64,000 nt of DNA. Source: Collinsella sp. Lineage in GTDB: Bacteria; Actinomycetota; Coriobacteriia; Coriobacteriales; Coriobacteriaceae. The notes below the pieces were generated by a model, which worked only from the letters and a program-made list of their open reading frames with translations, was not told where the DNA came from and did no database searches. Location: assembly GCA_019424965.1 (NCBI GenBank), contig JAHYYL010000003.1:7614-71613 (forward strand). The letters run 5' to 3'. The position numbers were made by a program, and so were the translations under genes. This document shows positions 46,345 through 59,115 of the stretch, piece by piece. The number at the start of each line of letters is the position of its first letter. Position 1 is the first letter of the stretch.

Positions 46345-46714
46345 TACCAATCAAGATAAGACCGCTCGTACGCCGCGCCTGACGATTGACCAGAGCGCCA
46401 CGCCGGCGAGCGAACCTGTTGATTCCAAAGCAGAGGCAACCGAGTTACAAGACGCGGCAGCCGCGGATTTTGACGAGGCTATGGGTCTCATTAAGGGCAC
46501 GGGGGCGGCTATCTGGAGCTATGCCGTTCGCCATCCCAACACCACGCTCGGCGCCGTCGCTGGCTTTATCCTCGCCGTGTTGGTGCTCACGCTCGGCCTG
46601 TGGGACACGCTCGTCATTGCATTCTTCGTGCTAATCGGCGCCGTAATTGGCCAAATTCGCGACGGCGAGAACGGGATCGTCAACTTCTTCGGCCGTCTGT
46701 TTAGCGGCCGCTAA
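46337..46714 (+). CDS. DUF2273-like small membrane protein
   Basis: GTG overlaps the amaP stop. C-terminal ..LGAVAGFILAVLVLTLGLWDTLVIAFFVLIGAVIGQ.. double-TM hairpin. The start is uncertain. Confidence 0.55.
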   Translation: MSDTNQDKTARTPRLTIDQSATPASEPVDSKAEATELQDAAAADFDEAMGLIKGTGAAIWSYAVRHPNTTLGAVAGFILAVLVLTLGLWDTLVIAFFVLIGAVIGQIRDGENGIVNFFGRLFSGR

Positions 46715-46758
46715 TATGTATTCGACTGTCGCATCCGCGGCAGGCATAAGGAGGAACC

Positions 46759-47274
46759 ATGGCTTTTAATACGAAGGTCGATGTGGCCGATACCGAGCTC
46801 GAGGCAGACGAGACCGTCACCGCCGAGGCCGAGGACGTAACGCTCGAGGATGAGGCGCTCGTCGAGGCCGAGTCCGATGTGGATGAGGATGACGAGGAAG
46901 CGGACGAGTCCGAGGACTCGCTGACCTATTCCAACGGTGTGATCGAGAAGATCGTTGCCATGGCCACCCGCGAGGTTCCGCACGTTCTTGGCATGAAGGG
47001 TAACCTCATGCACTTTGTGCAGGAGCAGTTTGGTGCCGAGAATCTGACCAAGGGCGTGACGGTTGAGGTCACCGATGACAATCGCGTGGTCGTCAACATC
47101 TCCGTCATCATCGAGTACGGCGCCTATGCGCCCGCGATTTTCGACGACGTTAAGGCGCGCGTGACCGAGCGTCTGGCCGCGATGACTGGCCTTGAGGTGG
47201 CGGGCGTCAACCTGCGCATCGAGGACGTCATCACCCCCGAGGAGTACGAGCACCGCACCAGCCAGCACGAATAA
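46759..47274 (+). CDS. Asp23/Gls24-family envelope stress protein
   Basis: 171 aa. Acidic N-terminus, then ..LTYSNGVIEKIVAMATREVPHVLGM.. Asp23 core. AAGGAGG RBS. Confidence 0.85.
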   Translation: MAFNTKVDVADTELEADETVTAEAEDVTLEDEALVEAESDVDEDDEEADESEDSLTYSNGVIEKIVAMATREVPHVLGMKGNLMHFVQEQFGAENLTKGVTVEVTDDNRVVVNISVIIEYGAYAPAIFDDVKARVTERLAAMTGLEVAGVNLRIEDVITPEEYEHRTSQHE

Positions 47275-47275
47275 C

Positions 47276-47326
47276 CTTCCAAAAAGAGACAGGTTTGTTT
47301 TGGCAGGTTTTATCTGCGAAAACGTT
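47276..47326 (+). repeat. 52-bp intergenic repeat family, copy 4
   Basis: CTTCCAAAAAGAGACAGGTTTGTTTTGGCAGGTTTTATCTGCGAAAACGTT, starting 2 nt after the asp23 stop. Confidence 0.8.
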
Positions 47327-47370
47327 AAACGGCCGACCGCGCAAGCAAAAGCGTGGCCGGCCGTTTTTGT
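47327..47370 (+). terminator. Intrinsic terminator after asp23
   Basis: AAACGGCCGACCGC / GCGTGGCCGGCCGTTT followed by TTTTG. Confidence 0.7.
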
Positions 47371-47480
47371 ACGCTCCCGATATAGTCATACCGCTCGTCT
47401 AACTAAGGGTTGCAATCCCCACGTTCCGCGTTACCCTAATGAGCGCATTGTTTCCAAATTGTTAACGAGGAGTTGCCGTA

Positions 47481-48503
47481 ATGGCCGACGAGCACGAAAC
47501 AGAAAGCAAGGCATGGGCAATTGAGGCCGCTGCGGCAGAGGCGGCGTCGCGTGCTGCCGAGGAGGTGCATCGTCCTCCCGTAGTGCCGATGGAGCGCGTG
47601 GTCGATCGCGATGTTATCGAGCGGGGCGAGCGCGCTGGTCGCAAGCGCAGCCAGGAGCCGGGCTTTCCGCGCTTTTTTGCCGAGCTCAATTTGGGCCTGA
47701 TCCTCACGGCCTTTGCCATCGTCGCGTTTAAAACCCCTAATCACTTTGCTTTTGGCGGCACCTCGGGCGTGTCGGTCATTCTGTCCACGCTGTTCCCGAC
47801 CCTGCCCGTCGGCGTCTTTATGTGGATTATCAACGCGGTTCTCGTCGTTTTGGGCTTTATCTTTTTGGAGCGCAAGGCAATCCTGTGGAGCGTCTTCGCC
47901 TCGTTTGCGCTGTCCGCCTATGTTTCGTTTTTTGAGCTCTTTATTCCGACTGATGTTTCGATGACGGGCGATATGTGGCTCGACCTGTGCTTTGCCGTGA
48001 TACTGCCGGCGCTCGGCAGCGCCATCGTCTTTGATATTGGCGCCTCGACGGGCGGCACAGACATCCTCGCCATGATCCTCAAGCGCCGCACCACGCTCGA
48101 GATTGGCCGCGCGCTGCTGTTGGTTGATATCGGCATCGTGGCCATCGCGGCCTTTTTGTATGGTCCGCGTGTCGGCCTGTATTGCGTGCTCGGCCTGTTT
48201 GCCAAGACGCTCGTGGTCGACAAGGCCATCGAGAGCATTCACCTTCGTAAGGTCTGCACGGTCATTTGTTCCGAGCCCCTTAAGGTCGAGGAGTTTATCG
48301 TCAAGCATCTCAACCGTACGGCGACCATCAGTCGCGGCTACGGTGCCTTCTCGGGCAAGTGCGTGACGGTGATCATGAGCGTGCTGAGCCGTCGCGAGGC
48401 CGTGCAGCTGCGCCGCTATGCGCGCGAAGTCGATCCGGGTGCCTTTATCACGATTGTCGACAGTTCCGAGATCGTCGGCAAGGGTTTCCGCGGTACGAAC
48501 TAG
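47481..48503 (+). CDS. YitT-family membrane protein with C-terminal DUF2179 domain
   Basis: 340 aa. ..FAFGGTSGVSVIL.., ..GASTGGTDILAMIL.., C-terminal ..ISRGYGAFSGKCVTVIMSVLSRREAVQLRRYAREVDPGAFITIV... Confidence 0.8.
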   Translation: MADEHETESKAWAIEAAAAEAASRAAEEVHRPPVVPMERVVDRDVIERGERAGRKRSQEPGFPRFFAELNLGLILTAFAIVAFKTPNHFAFGGTSGVSVILSTLFPTLPVGVFMWIINAVLVVLGFIFLERKAILWSVFASFALSAYVSFFELFIPTDVSMTGDMWLDLCFAVILPALGSAIVFDIGASTGGTDILAMILKRRTTLEIGRALLLVDIGIVAIAAFLYGPRVGLYCVLGLFAKTLVVDKAIESIHLRKVCTVICSEPLKVEEFIVKHLNRTATISRGYGAFSGKCVTVIMSVLSRREAVQLRRYAREVDPGAFITIVDSSEIVGKGFRGTN

Positions 48504-48653
48504 CGCGAACGCATTCAACGAACCGCCTGCTGGCGCCGTGTACCTTGCAAATCGGTCATCTTTGAGTATTTGAACTCACATTGGGTGATAATGATGCCAA
48601 AGACATCGTTTGCGATCCAGGTGACTCGCTCAAGATACGAAGGGATGATTTCG

Positions 48654-49976
<1,323 letters not shown>

Positions 49977-50116
49977 CCCTGCCACCTGCCATTTGGGGAC
50001 GGGGTAGAAACGGTAGAAATAGCGCTTGACAAATAAGCGGGGGCGGACGTGCCGAAGCGTCCGCCCCCGCTTTGATATCGCGATGCGGCTATGACTGCGA
50101 GATGGTCGTGGATCGA

Positions 50117-51580
50117 CTACTCGTCGTGCTTCTCCTCGCGGCGGGCGGCGGCGCGAGCGTCGTGGATGCCCTTGATTGCGGCGTGTCGGGCGGTGCGGGC
50201 ATCGTGCATGGCGTCGCGGGCCTCGGCGGCCGTGGCCTTGGCAGAGCGCAGTTTGGCTGCCAGGTCGGGATTGGTCTCGGCGACCGCGGCAATCGTGGGG
50301 CCGTCGAGCTCTTCTTGTGTGGGCTCGGCCAAAAAGTCGATGGCATATTGGGCGGCCACCATGGAGCCCTTGGCCAGTACCGACTCGTCAATCTTGTAGA
50401 AGCAAGAATGTTGGGCGTACGTGGCGCCAATCTGGGGGTTGCGCGTGCCAACAAAGGCGAGCACGCCCGGTACGCGGCGCAGGTACTCCGAAAAATCCTC
50501 ACCCGAGAGTGTGCCGCGATAATGGCCTTGGCCGGTGGGGCCCAGGCATTTGATTACTGCCTGGCGGCAGCGCTCGCTCGAGGCGGCATCGTTTTCGACC
50601 TTGTAATTGGCGATGGTGTAGTCGGTGAGCTCTGCCTCGGCGCCCAAGGCGGCCGCGGTATGCTCCACGATGCGGCGCATGAGCTCCGGCATTTCCTCGT
50701 GGGTCGAATCTCCGTAGGTGCGCACCGTGCCGGCGAGGTAGGCCGTGCCGGCGATAACGTTGCGCGCGGTGCCGCCGTGCAGCTCGCCGACGGTAATGAC
50801 GGCCGGCTCGTAGGGACTGATCTCGCGCGAAACGATGGTCTGCAGAGCGTTGACGATCTCGGCGGCAACCATAACGGCGTCGTGACCGCGCTGGGGCATG
50901 GCGCCGTGGCACGAGGTGCCGCGGACGTCGATGCGGAACCAGTCGGTATTGGCCATGCGCGGTCCGGGCTCACAGCTCACGGTGCCGGCGTCGACCTCAC
51001 TCCAGATGTGCGCGGCGTAGGCGCCATCGACGCCGTCGAGCACGCCCGTGCCGATCATGAGCTTGGCGCCCTGGCCGTTTTCCTCGCTGGGCTGGAAGAC
51101 GATGCGGACTTCGCCGTGGATGTCGTCGGTCATATGGCGCAGGATTTGCAGCGTGCCGAGCATCATGGCGATGTGGCAGTCGTGGCCGCAGGCGTGCATG
51201 CAGCCCTCGTTGACGCTGGCAAACTCCTCGCCGGTCTGCTCGGTGACGGGCAGGGCGTCGATATCCGCGCGCAGCAGGATGCGGCGGCGCGGCGTGCCGT
51301 CCTCGTGGTAGGCATCCGACGCGGTACCGCGAAGCGTTGCCACCAAGCCGGTCTTGAGCGGACGCTCGTAGGGGATATTCATGGCGTCGAGCTGGTTGGC
51401 GATGTCGGAGGTCGTGCGCTCCTCGGCAAGGCTCAGCTCCGGATGCTTATGGAAGTGCCGGCGCTGCTTGATGATATAGGGCTCAAACTCGGCGGCGATA
51501 TCTCGGATGGCCGCGGTGACGTCGTCTGCCGCGCGAGCCTCGGTCGCCGCCATAATCTGCTGTGCCTTGGTCTTCGTCAT
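50117..51580 (-). CDS. M20D-family amidohydrolase (N-acyl-amino-acid / hippurate hydrolase type) with Ala/Arg-rich C-terminal tail
   Basis: Start MTKTKAQQ... ..RRHFHKHPELS.., ..LRADIDALP.., ..MHACGHD.. metal ligands. The upstream 317 aa of track ORF 50117..52531 are antisense shadow. Confidence 0.85.
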   Translation of the reverse strand: MTKTKAQQIMAATEARAADDVTAAIRDIAAEFEPYIIKQRRHFHKHPELSLAEERTTSDIANQLDAMNIPYERPLKTGLVATLRGTASDAYHEDGTPRRRILLRADIDALPVTEQTGEEFASVNEGCMHACGHDCHIAMMLGTLQILRHMTDDIHGEVRIVFQPSEENGQGAKLMIGTGVLDGVDGAYAAHIWSEVDAGTVSCEPGPRMANTDWFRIDVRGTSCHGAMPQRGHDAVMVAAEIVNALQTIVSREISPYEPAVITVGELHGGTARNVIAGTAYLAGTVRTYGDSTHEEMPELMRRIVEHTAAALGAEAELTDYTIANYKVENDAASSERCRQAVIKCLGPTGQGHYRGTLSGEDFSEYLRRVPGVLAFVGTRNPQIGATYAQHSCFYKIDESVLAKGSMVAAQYAIDFLAEPTQEELDGPTIAAVAETNPDLAAKLRSAKATAAEARDAMHDARTARHAAIKGIHDARAAARREEKHDE

Positions 51581-51736
51581 GATCGATTTGCTCCTTGCTG
51601 GGTTGATCGCAAAATCGTACAGGCTCTCTCCAGTATGCCACCTGCCGCTAGGGCTGGCAAAGCTGCCGTTTGCCGCTTGGCATTTTGTAACCGAGACGGG
51701 GGAGTACACTCGGGGGTGTTGAATTTCCTGCCAGAG

Positions 51737-53386
51737 ATGGGGATGCCCATGCAACATATCGATCGGATTATCCGCTCCAAGAACGTCTTTACCGCGCAAG
51801 ACGGCATCGATACTGCTCGTGAGCTGGCGATTGCCATCGCAGGTGACCGTATCGTCGCAGTCGGCAAGCCCGATGACGTGATCGCCGCCGCTCCCGCCGC
51901 CACGCCGGTTCTCGACTACGGCGAGCAGTTTGTCTGCCCCGGTTTCCATGACGCTCATCTGCACTTCTTCCATACCTCGGTCGGTTCCTCGCCGTACATG
52001 CTCATGGATATGGGCACGTCCGAGGCGGCGCTGGTACAGCACGCGCTCGAGTTTTCCCAGGACCTGCCCGACGACGCTTGGGTTGTGACGCAGGGCTGGC
52101 GCGACTACCGTTGGGACCCGCCCGAGCATCCTACCAAGGCGTCGCTCGATGCGGCATTCCCCGATCGTCCCTGCGTTATGTATTCGGGCGACGGCCACAC
52201 GCTGTGGCTCAACAGCCGCGCACTCGAGGCGCTCGGCGTCACGCGCGACAGCGAGCCGCCGGCGGGCGGCAGCTACGACAAGGACGCAAACGGCGAGCTC
52301 ACGGGCATTGCTCACGAAGCGGCTGCCATGCAGCTGTTGCCGCGCTGTCTTGAGTGGCTGGGCGAAGATCGCATCGCAAGCGCTTACGCCGATCAAATGA
52401 GGCGCATGGCCGAGCAGGGCATCACCTCGATCTGCGATATGTCGCTCATGCCCATGCTGGGCTGTGATTTTATCCGCGACGATGTCTACGACAAGCTGCA
52501 GACGACCGGCAAGCTGGGCATTCGTGCCCATCTGTTCCCCACGCTGCTGGATGACCAGTCGCGTCTAGAAGAGCTCCAGGTACGTTACGCGAACAACGCG
52601 CTGCTTTCGGCGCCAGGTTTTAAGCAGTTCTTCGATGGCGTGTCGAGCGAACACACGGCATATCTCACCGAGCCCTATACCAATCCGCGCTTCCCGGGCG
52701 ACCGGGGCCGTCTGACGGTCCCGGCTGAGCGCATGCGCAAACTGGTTCTGGCGGCCGCGGAGCGCGGTCATACCGTACGCATCCACGTTATTGGTGACGG
52801 TGCGATTCATGCCGCGCTGGATATCTTCGAGGAAGTGGCCGACCTGTACGGCCTGCCCCAGCACGGCCATAACACGCTCGAGCACCTAGAGAACCTTCTG
52901 CCCGAGGACATCGACCGCCTGCGCAAGCTCAACGTGGTCGCCTCGAGCCAGCCCTGCCATATTACGCTCGATCCGGGTGGACCGGAGCGCGATCTGGGCC
53001 TGGAGCGCAGCCGCATCATGTGGCCGTTCGCAACCTATAAGCAGCGCGGCATTCGCCAAGCCTTCGGTACCGACAGCCCTATCACGCCCGTTACCAGCAT
53101 GAACGTGCTCTACACGGCTATCACCCGCCAAGACCCCCGCAGCCACTGGCCCGAGGGCGGCTGGCTCCCCAGCGAGCGCATCGACGCGGCTACAGCTCTG
53201 CGCAACTACACCCTGGGCAGCGCCTACGCGGCAGGCGACGAGCGAAACCTCGGCAGCCTGGAACCCGGCAAATACGCCGACCTGGTAGTCCTGGACCAAA
53301 ACCCGCTCACCATCGACCCCCAAGAGCTCCAGGCTACCAAGGTTCAGGCAACCTATCTGGCAGGCAACTTAATCTACGAGCGCTAA
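51737..53386 (+). CDS. Amidohydrolase-3 family metal-dependent hydrolase
   Basis: Start region MGMPMQHIDRII.. (ATGs at 51737, 51743 and 51749). ..VCPGFHDAHLHFF.. HxH motif, ..RIHVIGDGA.., ..GTDSPI... The upstream part of track ORF 50072..53386 is antisense shadow. Confidence 0.85.
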   Translation: MGMPMQHIDRIIRSKNVFTAQDGIDTARELAIAIAGDRIVAVGKPDDVIAAAPAATPVLDYGEQFVCPGFHDAHLHFFHTSVGSSPYMLMDMGTSEAALVQHALEFSQDLPDDAWVVTQGWRDYRWDPPEHPTKASLDAAFPDRPCVMYSGDGHTLWLNSRALEALGVTRDSEPPAGGSYDKDANGELTGIAHEAAAMQLLPRCLEWLGEDRIASAYADQMRRMAEQGITSICDMSLMPMLGCDFIRDDVYDKLQTTGKLGIRAHLFPTLLDDQSRLEELQVRYANNALLSAPGFKQFFDGVSSEHTAYLTEPYTNPRFPGDRGRLTVPAERMRKLVLAAAERGHTVRIHVIGDGAIHAALDIFEEVADLYGLPQHGHNTLEHLENLLPEDIDRLRKLNVVASSQPCHITLDPGGPERDLGLERSRIMWPFATYKQRGIRQAFGTDSPITPVTSMNVLYTAITRQDPRSHWPEGGWLPSERIDAATALRNYTLGSAYAAGDERNLGSLEPGKYADLVVLDQNPLTIDPQELQATKVQATYLAGNLIYER

Positions 53387-53404
53387 TATTCATGCCGTAC
53401 CGTT

Positions 53405-53456
53405 AAACGCGGCTCGGGCAGCCTATTTTGGGATGGCGCTCGAGCCGCGTTTGTTT
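53405..53456 (+). terminator. Hairpin terminator after the amidohydrolase gene
   Basis: AAACGCGGCTCG / CGAGCCGCGTTT 12-bp stem with a long loop, followed by GTTTG. Confidence 0.5.
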
Positions 53457-53640
53457 GCCTATGGGGTCCGTTAGGAGCGCCCCCGCTCTGCTTGATTTGG
53501 GCGCGGGGCGGAGGCGCCGCTGCCCCGCGCTCAATTTGGACGTCAGTAATGCTGTCTCTTGGTGTTTTGAATACTTCCCATTGCAGATTGCATAAAAAGT
53601 TGAGATGTTCTTTCCGGTCCTGATGTACCCCCGCCTGGGC

Positions 53641-53876
53641 CGTGCAAAAAATGGAGTATTCAGCACCGTGAGCTCTGCCGGTGCCGCTGCAGTCGGGTGG
53701 CATTGCGGAGATCGACGTCATTTTGGGGTCCGGTGCGGCGCGAGGCACGCCTTTTTGTCCTGATGGGGTTTGCCCGCCGACCCAAATCGCCGGTCAAAGG
53801 CGTTCTTGGGACCAATATGGTGTGTCCGGCGCGTATGCAGACGTCCTGGCCTGCTGAAAACTCCCAAAAATGCACG
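53641..53876. repeat. MITE-like intergenic element B (about 236 bp), related to 3549..3751
   Basis: Ends CGTGCAAAAAATGGAGTATTCAGCA and TGCTGAAAACTCCCAAAAATGCACG. The right end plus flank GTATGCAG.C..CCT.G.CTGCTGAA.ACTCCCAAAAATGCACGC is shared with element A. Confidence 0.5.
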
Positions 53877-53987
53877 CTGCTTCCCAGGGGACCCGTGCGA
53901 GCGGCGAAAACCATGCCCAAGTCGCTGTCCGCATCGCCATTTTGCTGCACTGACTTTTCTGAATACCGGGCCCGAGATTGGTCAACC

Positions 53988-56051
53988 CTAGGCTCCCGGA
54001 GCTGCGTTGGGGTCGGTTTCGTTGGCGGCCGCCTGCTTATGGGTGGCAAAGACCGAGCCTTCGTGGTCGAAGAGCTTACGATATTGCATGCGGTCCAGGC
54101 GATCGCGCGCATTAGCGGTCTTGGCGGGAACGTTCTTGGCCTCGGCTGTATACCAAACGCCGTGCGCATCCTGCGCCCCCACCACGTTTATCGCCGGCAT
54201 GTGCGCTCGGTTTTGCAAGCGTGCGCGTTGGTAGGCGGTGAGCGGGGCACCGATGGCATTGAGTGCGAGTGCACCGACGTTATTGATGCTTGTGTTGAGT
54301 TCCCCACTCGTTTGTGCGTTGCCGGCGACATCGTAGTTCGCCCAGACCACATAGCGTGTCTGCCAGATGCGCTCGGTATGGGTGGCATCGTCCTCATCGG
54401 TAAAGTAGAGGTCGTTGTAGCGGTCGGTGAAGAACGGCTGGTGGTCGCCGTACATCACCACGACGACGGGGCGGTCGAGATCACGCAGCTTTTCCAGGAA
54501 GGCGGCGAAGGCGGCATCGGACGCTTCCATGAGCGAGCAGTATTCATTGGTCCAGGTGATAACTTTGTCGGACACACCTTCGACGGCAAGGTGCAGTTGC
54601 TGGTCGGTGGGCACCAAGCCCGTGTCATAGGCGGAGTGGTTTTGCATCGTCACGTCGTGGATGAAGATCGGCTGGTCGCTCTGCTTTAGTACCTCGAGGC
54701 ACTTGTCGTAGGTGGCGGCGTCGGTGACCTTGCGGCAGAGCTCGGGTGCGCCGGCGAAGTCCTCGATCGAGAGGAACTCGTCGAATCCCATGTCCGCGAA
54801 GACGTTCTCGCGATTCCAGTTGGTGGCGTGGTTGGGGTGCATGGCCACGGTGCGATAGCCGAGTCTCTTGAACTGACGGGCGAGGTTCTCGCTCGGGGCC
54901 AGGTTGTAGGTCATGAACGGGTAGACGCCAGCGCCCAGGAATGCCATGGAGTGTCCGGTTAAGAACTCGAACTCGCTGTTACAGGTGCCGGCACCGAAGG
55001 CGCTCATGTAGCTCACTCCCTGCAGAAGCGCGTTGTCGATGGCTTTGAAGCGCTCGGGCCCCTTATAGCCGCAGCCCAGTTCGTTAAAGATTGAAAGGTC
55101 GGCGAAGGACTCGTTCATGATGCAGATGACTGAGGGCTTGAGCTGGTCAAACTGTTCGACGGCAGCGGCACGGGAGGGGTCGGCGATGCCGTTCGTGCCC
55201 GCGTTCCAGCGCGCGGCAAGGCGCTTGATGATCGCCGAGGCCTCACCGCTCTTGTAGTGCTTGGGTTTAGGCGGCACCATTTTTTGCGCGCTCGAAATGA
55301 AGGTGGGGAGAAACCCCTGACTGTAATAGCTTTCGAGGAGCTTCCAGGTATGAAGCTTGATGCCCAAGGTGTCGTAATAGCTGATGAAGGCCTGCGCCCC
55401 CAGCACGGCTCCGGCAACAAGTGCGGTACGACGGTCGACGGAGAGGGGGAGCTTGGATTTGGTTGCGACTGGATGCTCCCTCGGCGCTGTCGATGTCCCC
55501 TCGGTTGCCGGAGACGCCTTTGGGTCCTTCGATTTCAAGGACGCAGACATCGCATGGTCGATGGGCTCGGGGGACGTTTCCGATGCGCGGCGCGGCGGTC
55601 GCCCACATGCATCACGCGGAATGAGGACGATAAGCGCGATTCCCAAGGCCGCGGCGGCAAGCCCCATGAAGCAGAAAGTGCTGAGCTCATAGGTGTAGCT
55701 GCCGGCGACCGTCGCAGCGGTCGAGAGGGCGAACAGGTCTCCGGGTTGGATGGGCATCGATTTGAACGTGATTACGAAGTACTCGGCGATACCGATGCTG
55801 GCGAGCGCAGCGATGCCCACGATTGCGGGGGTCTTACGGCGGTGCGGCAGATAGAACAACAGGCACAAGAAGCAGAAGATGAGCAAAAGCTCCAAAAGTG
55901 CCTGTCCGGGCTGCATCTTCCATAGCTCATGGTTGGAGGGCAGCTCGAGGGCGAGCATCGAGCATATCGAAGCGCCGCCGATCGTTGCCAGCGTACGGGG
56001 GTAGGGATGGTCGGTCATCCAGCTTTTCAGATCCTTCATGCTCATCTTCAT
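53988..56051 (-). CDS. LTA-synthase-family sulfatase/phosphoglycerol transferase with N-terminal TM domain
   Basis: 687 aa. 5 N-terminal TM segments, Ser/Pro-rich linker, sulfatase core ..VICIMNESF.., ..GTCNSEFEFLTG.., ..MHPNHATNW... Confidence 0.8.
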   Translation of the reverse strand: MKMSMKDLKSWMTDHPYPRTLATIGGASICSMLALELPSNHELWKMQPGQALLELLLIFCFLCLLFYLPHRRKTPAIVGIAALASIGIAEYFVITFKSMPIQPGDLFALSTAATVAGSYTYELSTFCFMGLAAAALGIALIVLIPRDACGRPPRRASETSPEPIDHAMSASLKSKDPKASPATEGTSTAPREHPVATKSKLPLSVDRRTALVAGAVLGAQAFISYYDTLGIKLHTWKLLESYYSQGFLPTFISSAQKMVPPKPKHYKSGEASAIIKRLAARWNAGTNGIADPSRAAAVEQFDQLKPSVICIMNESFADLSIFNELGCGYKGPERFKAIDNALLQGVSYMSAFGAGTCNSEFEFLTGHSMAFLGAGVYPFMTYNLAPSENLARQFKRLGYRTVAMHPNHATNWNRENVFADMGFDEFLSIEDFAGAPELCRKVTDAATYDKCLEVLKQSDQPIFIHDVTMQNHSAYDTGLVPTDQQLHLAVEGVSDKVITWTNEYCSLMEASDAAFAAFLEKLRDLDRPVVVVMYGDHQPFFTDRYNDLYFTDEDDATHTERIWQTRYVVWANYDVAGNAQTSGELNTSINNVGALALNAIGAPLTAYQRARLQNRAHMPAINVVGAQDAHGVWYTAEAKNVPAKTANARDRLDRMQYRKLFDHEGSVFATHKQAAANETDPNAAPGA

Positions 56052-56069
56052 CGTCTCTGTTCCTTACTC

Positions 56070-56305
56070 CTAGTTCAGCGTCTTCACGAGCTTCTCCAGG
56101 TTGTCGTTCATGATGGGCGGGTAATCCTCGCCGGCTTTAAGCTGTTTGTCAGCGAGTCCCTCGACGGGGTCGAGCTGGACGCATTGTCGTCAGAAGCGGC
56201 GAGAGCAAAGACCGCACTTACAAGGGACATATATGCCGCCGCCATGGGGCCACGGTGACGAATAGGACGCCGCTTGGGATGGCGACGGTAGATTCGGTTG
56301 TCCAC
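56070..56305 (-). pseudogene. Possible small secreted protein gene disrupted by a frameshift (weak call)
   Basis: AGGAG plus GTG 56305 gives a Sec-like signal (RRHPKRRPIRHRGPMAAAYMSLVSAVFALAAS). The best-looking coding frame downstream (..QLDPVEGLADKQLKAGEDYPPIMNDNLEKLVKTLN, stop 56070) is offset by one base. Confidence 0.3.
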
Positions 56306-56405
56306 ATAGATTGCTCCTGAATTGAAAACGGCTGCGTCGGGGTGCCGACGGCCGAAGGCGATGCCGCTGTGGCACGCGGTAGCTATTTGATTCAATTGGG
56401 AGCCG

Positions 56406-56774
56406 TTAATCGTCCAGACGGACCCTGAGGGATAATAGGGTGACCGGGGCATATGAAGATCGCTCGGTGCCGATGACGGCTAGGGCGGAGATCAGCAAGA
56501 GGGTGATGAACGATGTCGCGCCCACGGGGACGGTGTCACCGCCACGGGCGATCGACAGATTGCCGGCGAGCTCGGCGCAGATGGTGCAGCCCGCGCCGGT
56601 GCAGTCATGATGCAACTCATGGGCGGTTGCGATGGGGGAGAGGATGGTTACCGCGAGAAGGGCGAAGACGAGAGCCAGGGCGAGCAGGCGAGTGCGAACG
56701 GGCGGCATGGAGTCGCGTGCATCGCGATTCGGTGCTATATCTCGCCATGCCGAGGTGCTCAGCTCATCAGTCAT
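56406..56774 (-). CDS. Small two-TM protein with HxxHHxCxxxxCxxC motif
   Basis: Start MTDELSTS.. (GGAAGGGAGGG RBS). TM1, then ATAHELHHDCTGAGCTICAE, then TM2. Ends ..LRVRLDD. Confidence 0.55.
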   Translation of the reverse strand: MTDELSTSAWRDIAPNRDARDSMPPVRTRLLALALVFALLAVTILSPIATAHELHHDCTGAGCTICAELAGNLSIARGGDTVPVGATSFITLLLISALAVIGTERSSYAPVTLLSLRVRLDD

Positions 56775-57057
56775 CTGCCCTCCCTTCCTCTCATCTGGGC
56801 ATATTTCATCTGGAGGATTGTAGTCTTGAGAAGCTGATTCACAAAGTTGCCGCGCTAAAACTTCATGCTTTCCGGTCCGCCTTGGGGCTGCGCATAAGTT
56901 ATCCTCCGACATTCAGAAAATCTAAGTGCCAAAAAATAAGATTTTTTGACTCTGTGTTGTATAACCCGCCATTCGTGGGTACCATTCAACGCGTACGCAA
57001 ACAAAAAGGGTTAATTCGCGCGGCATAACCGCGCGGCCCAAAAAGGAGGAAACAAGC

Positions 57058-57351
57058 ATGTCGTCTTTGAAGCCGCTTGCAGATCGTGTTCTGGTCAAGC
57101 CCGACGAGGCCGAGCAGAAGACCGCTTCTGGTCTGTATATCGCCAGCAACGCCCAGGAGAAGCCGCAGCGCGGCACCATCGTTGCCGTTGGCGCCGGCAA
57201 GGTCAACGACAAGGGTGAGCGCATCCCCATGGACGTCAAGGTCGGTGACGTTGTCATTTACGGTAAGTTTGGTGGCAACGAGGTCAAGGTCGACGGCGAG
57301 AAGTATCTGCTGATGCGCGCCGACGACATCTACGCTGTCGTCGAGGCCTAG
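57058..57351 (+). CDS. groES: Co-chaperonin GroES
   Basis: 97 aa. ..LKPLADRVLVKP..ASGLYI... Confidence 0.95.
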   Translation: MSSLKPLADRVLVKPDEAEQKTASGLYIASNAQEKPQRGTIVAVGAGKVNDKGERIPMDVKVGDVVIYGKFGGNEVKVDGEKYLLMRADDIYAVVEA

Positions 57352-57369
57352 TCTCGTCAGAATCTCTGA

Positions 57370-59085
<1,716 letters not shown>

Positions 59086-59115
59086 GGCCGACAAGGTCTA
59101 GAACTCCCACCGGGA

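Noticed and set aside
50072-51736. N-terminal 555 aa of the 1104-aa plus-strand ORF 50072..53386, and likewise 51581..52531 of the 804-aa minus-strand ORF
   Set aside because: Each extension is antisense to the other, real gene: the M20 amidohydrolase on the minus strand and the amidohydrolase-3 on the plus strand. The real starts at 51580 (-) and about 51737 (+) leave a normal divergent promoter gap.
56913-57057. Search for a CIRCE (TTAGCACTC-N9-GAGTGCTAA) or HAIR operator upstream of groES
   Set aside because: Only a weak half-site-like CTAAGTGCC and a 7-bp inverted repeat (AAAATCT..AGATTTT) are present. No convincing operator was found, so none is reported.
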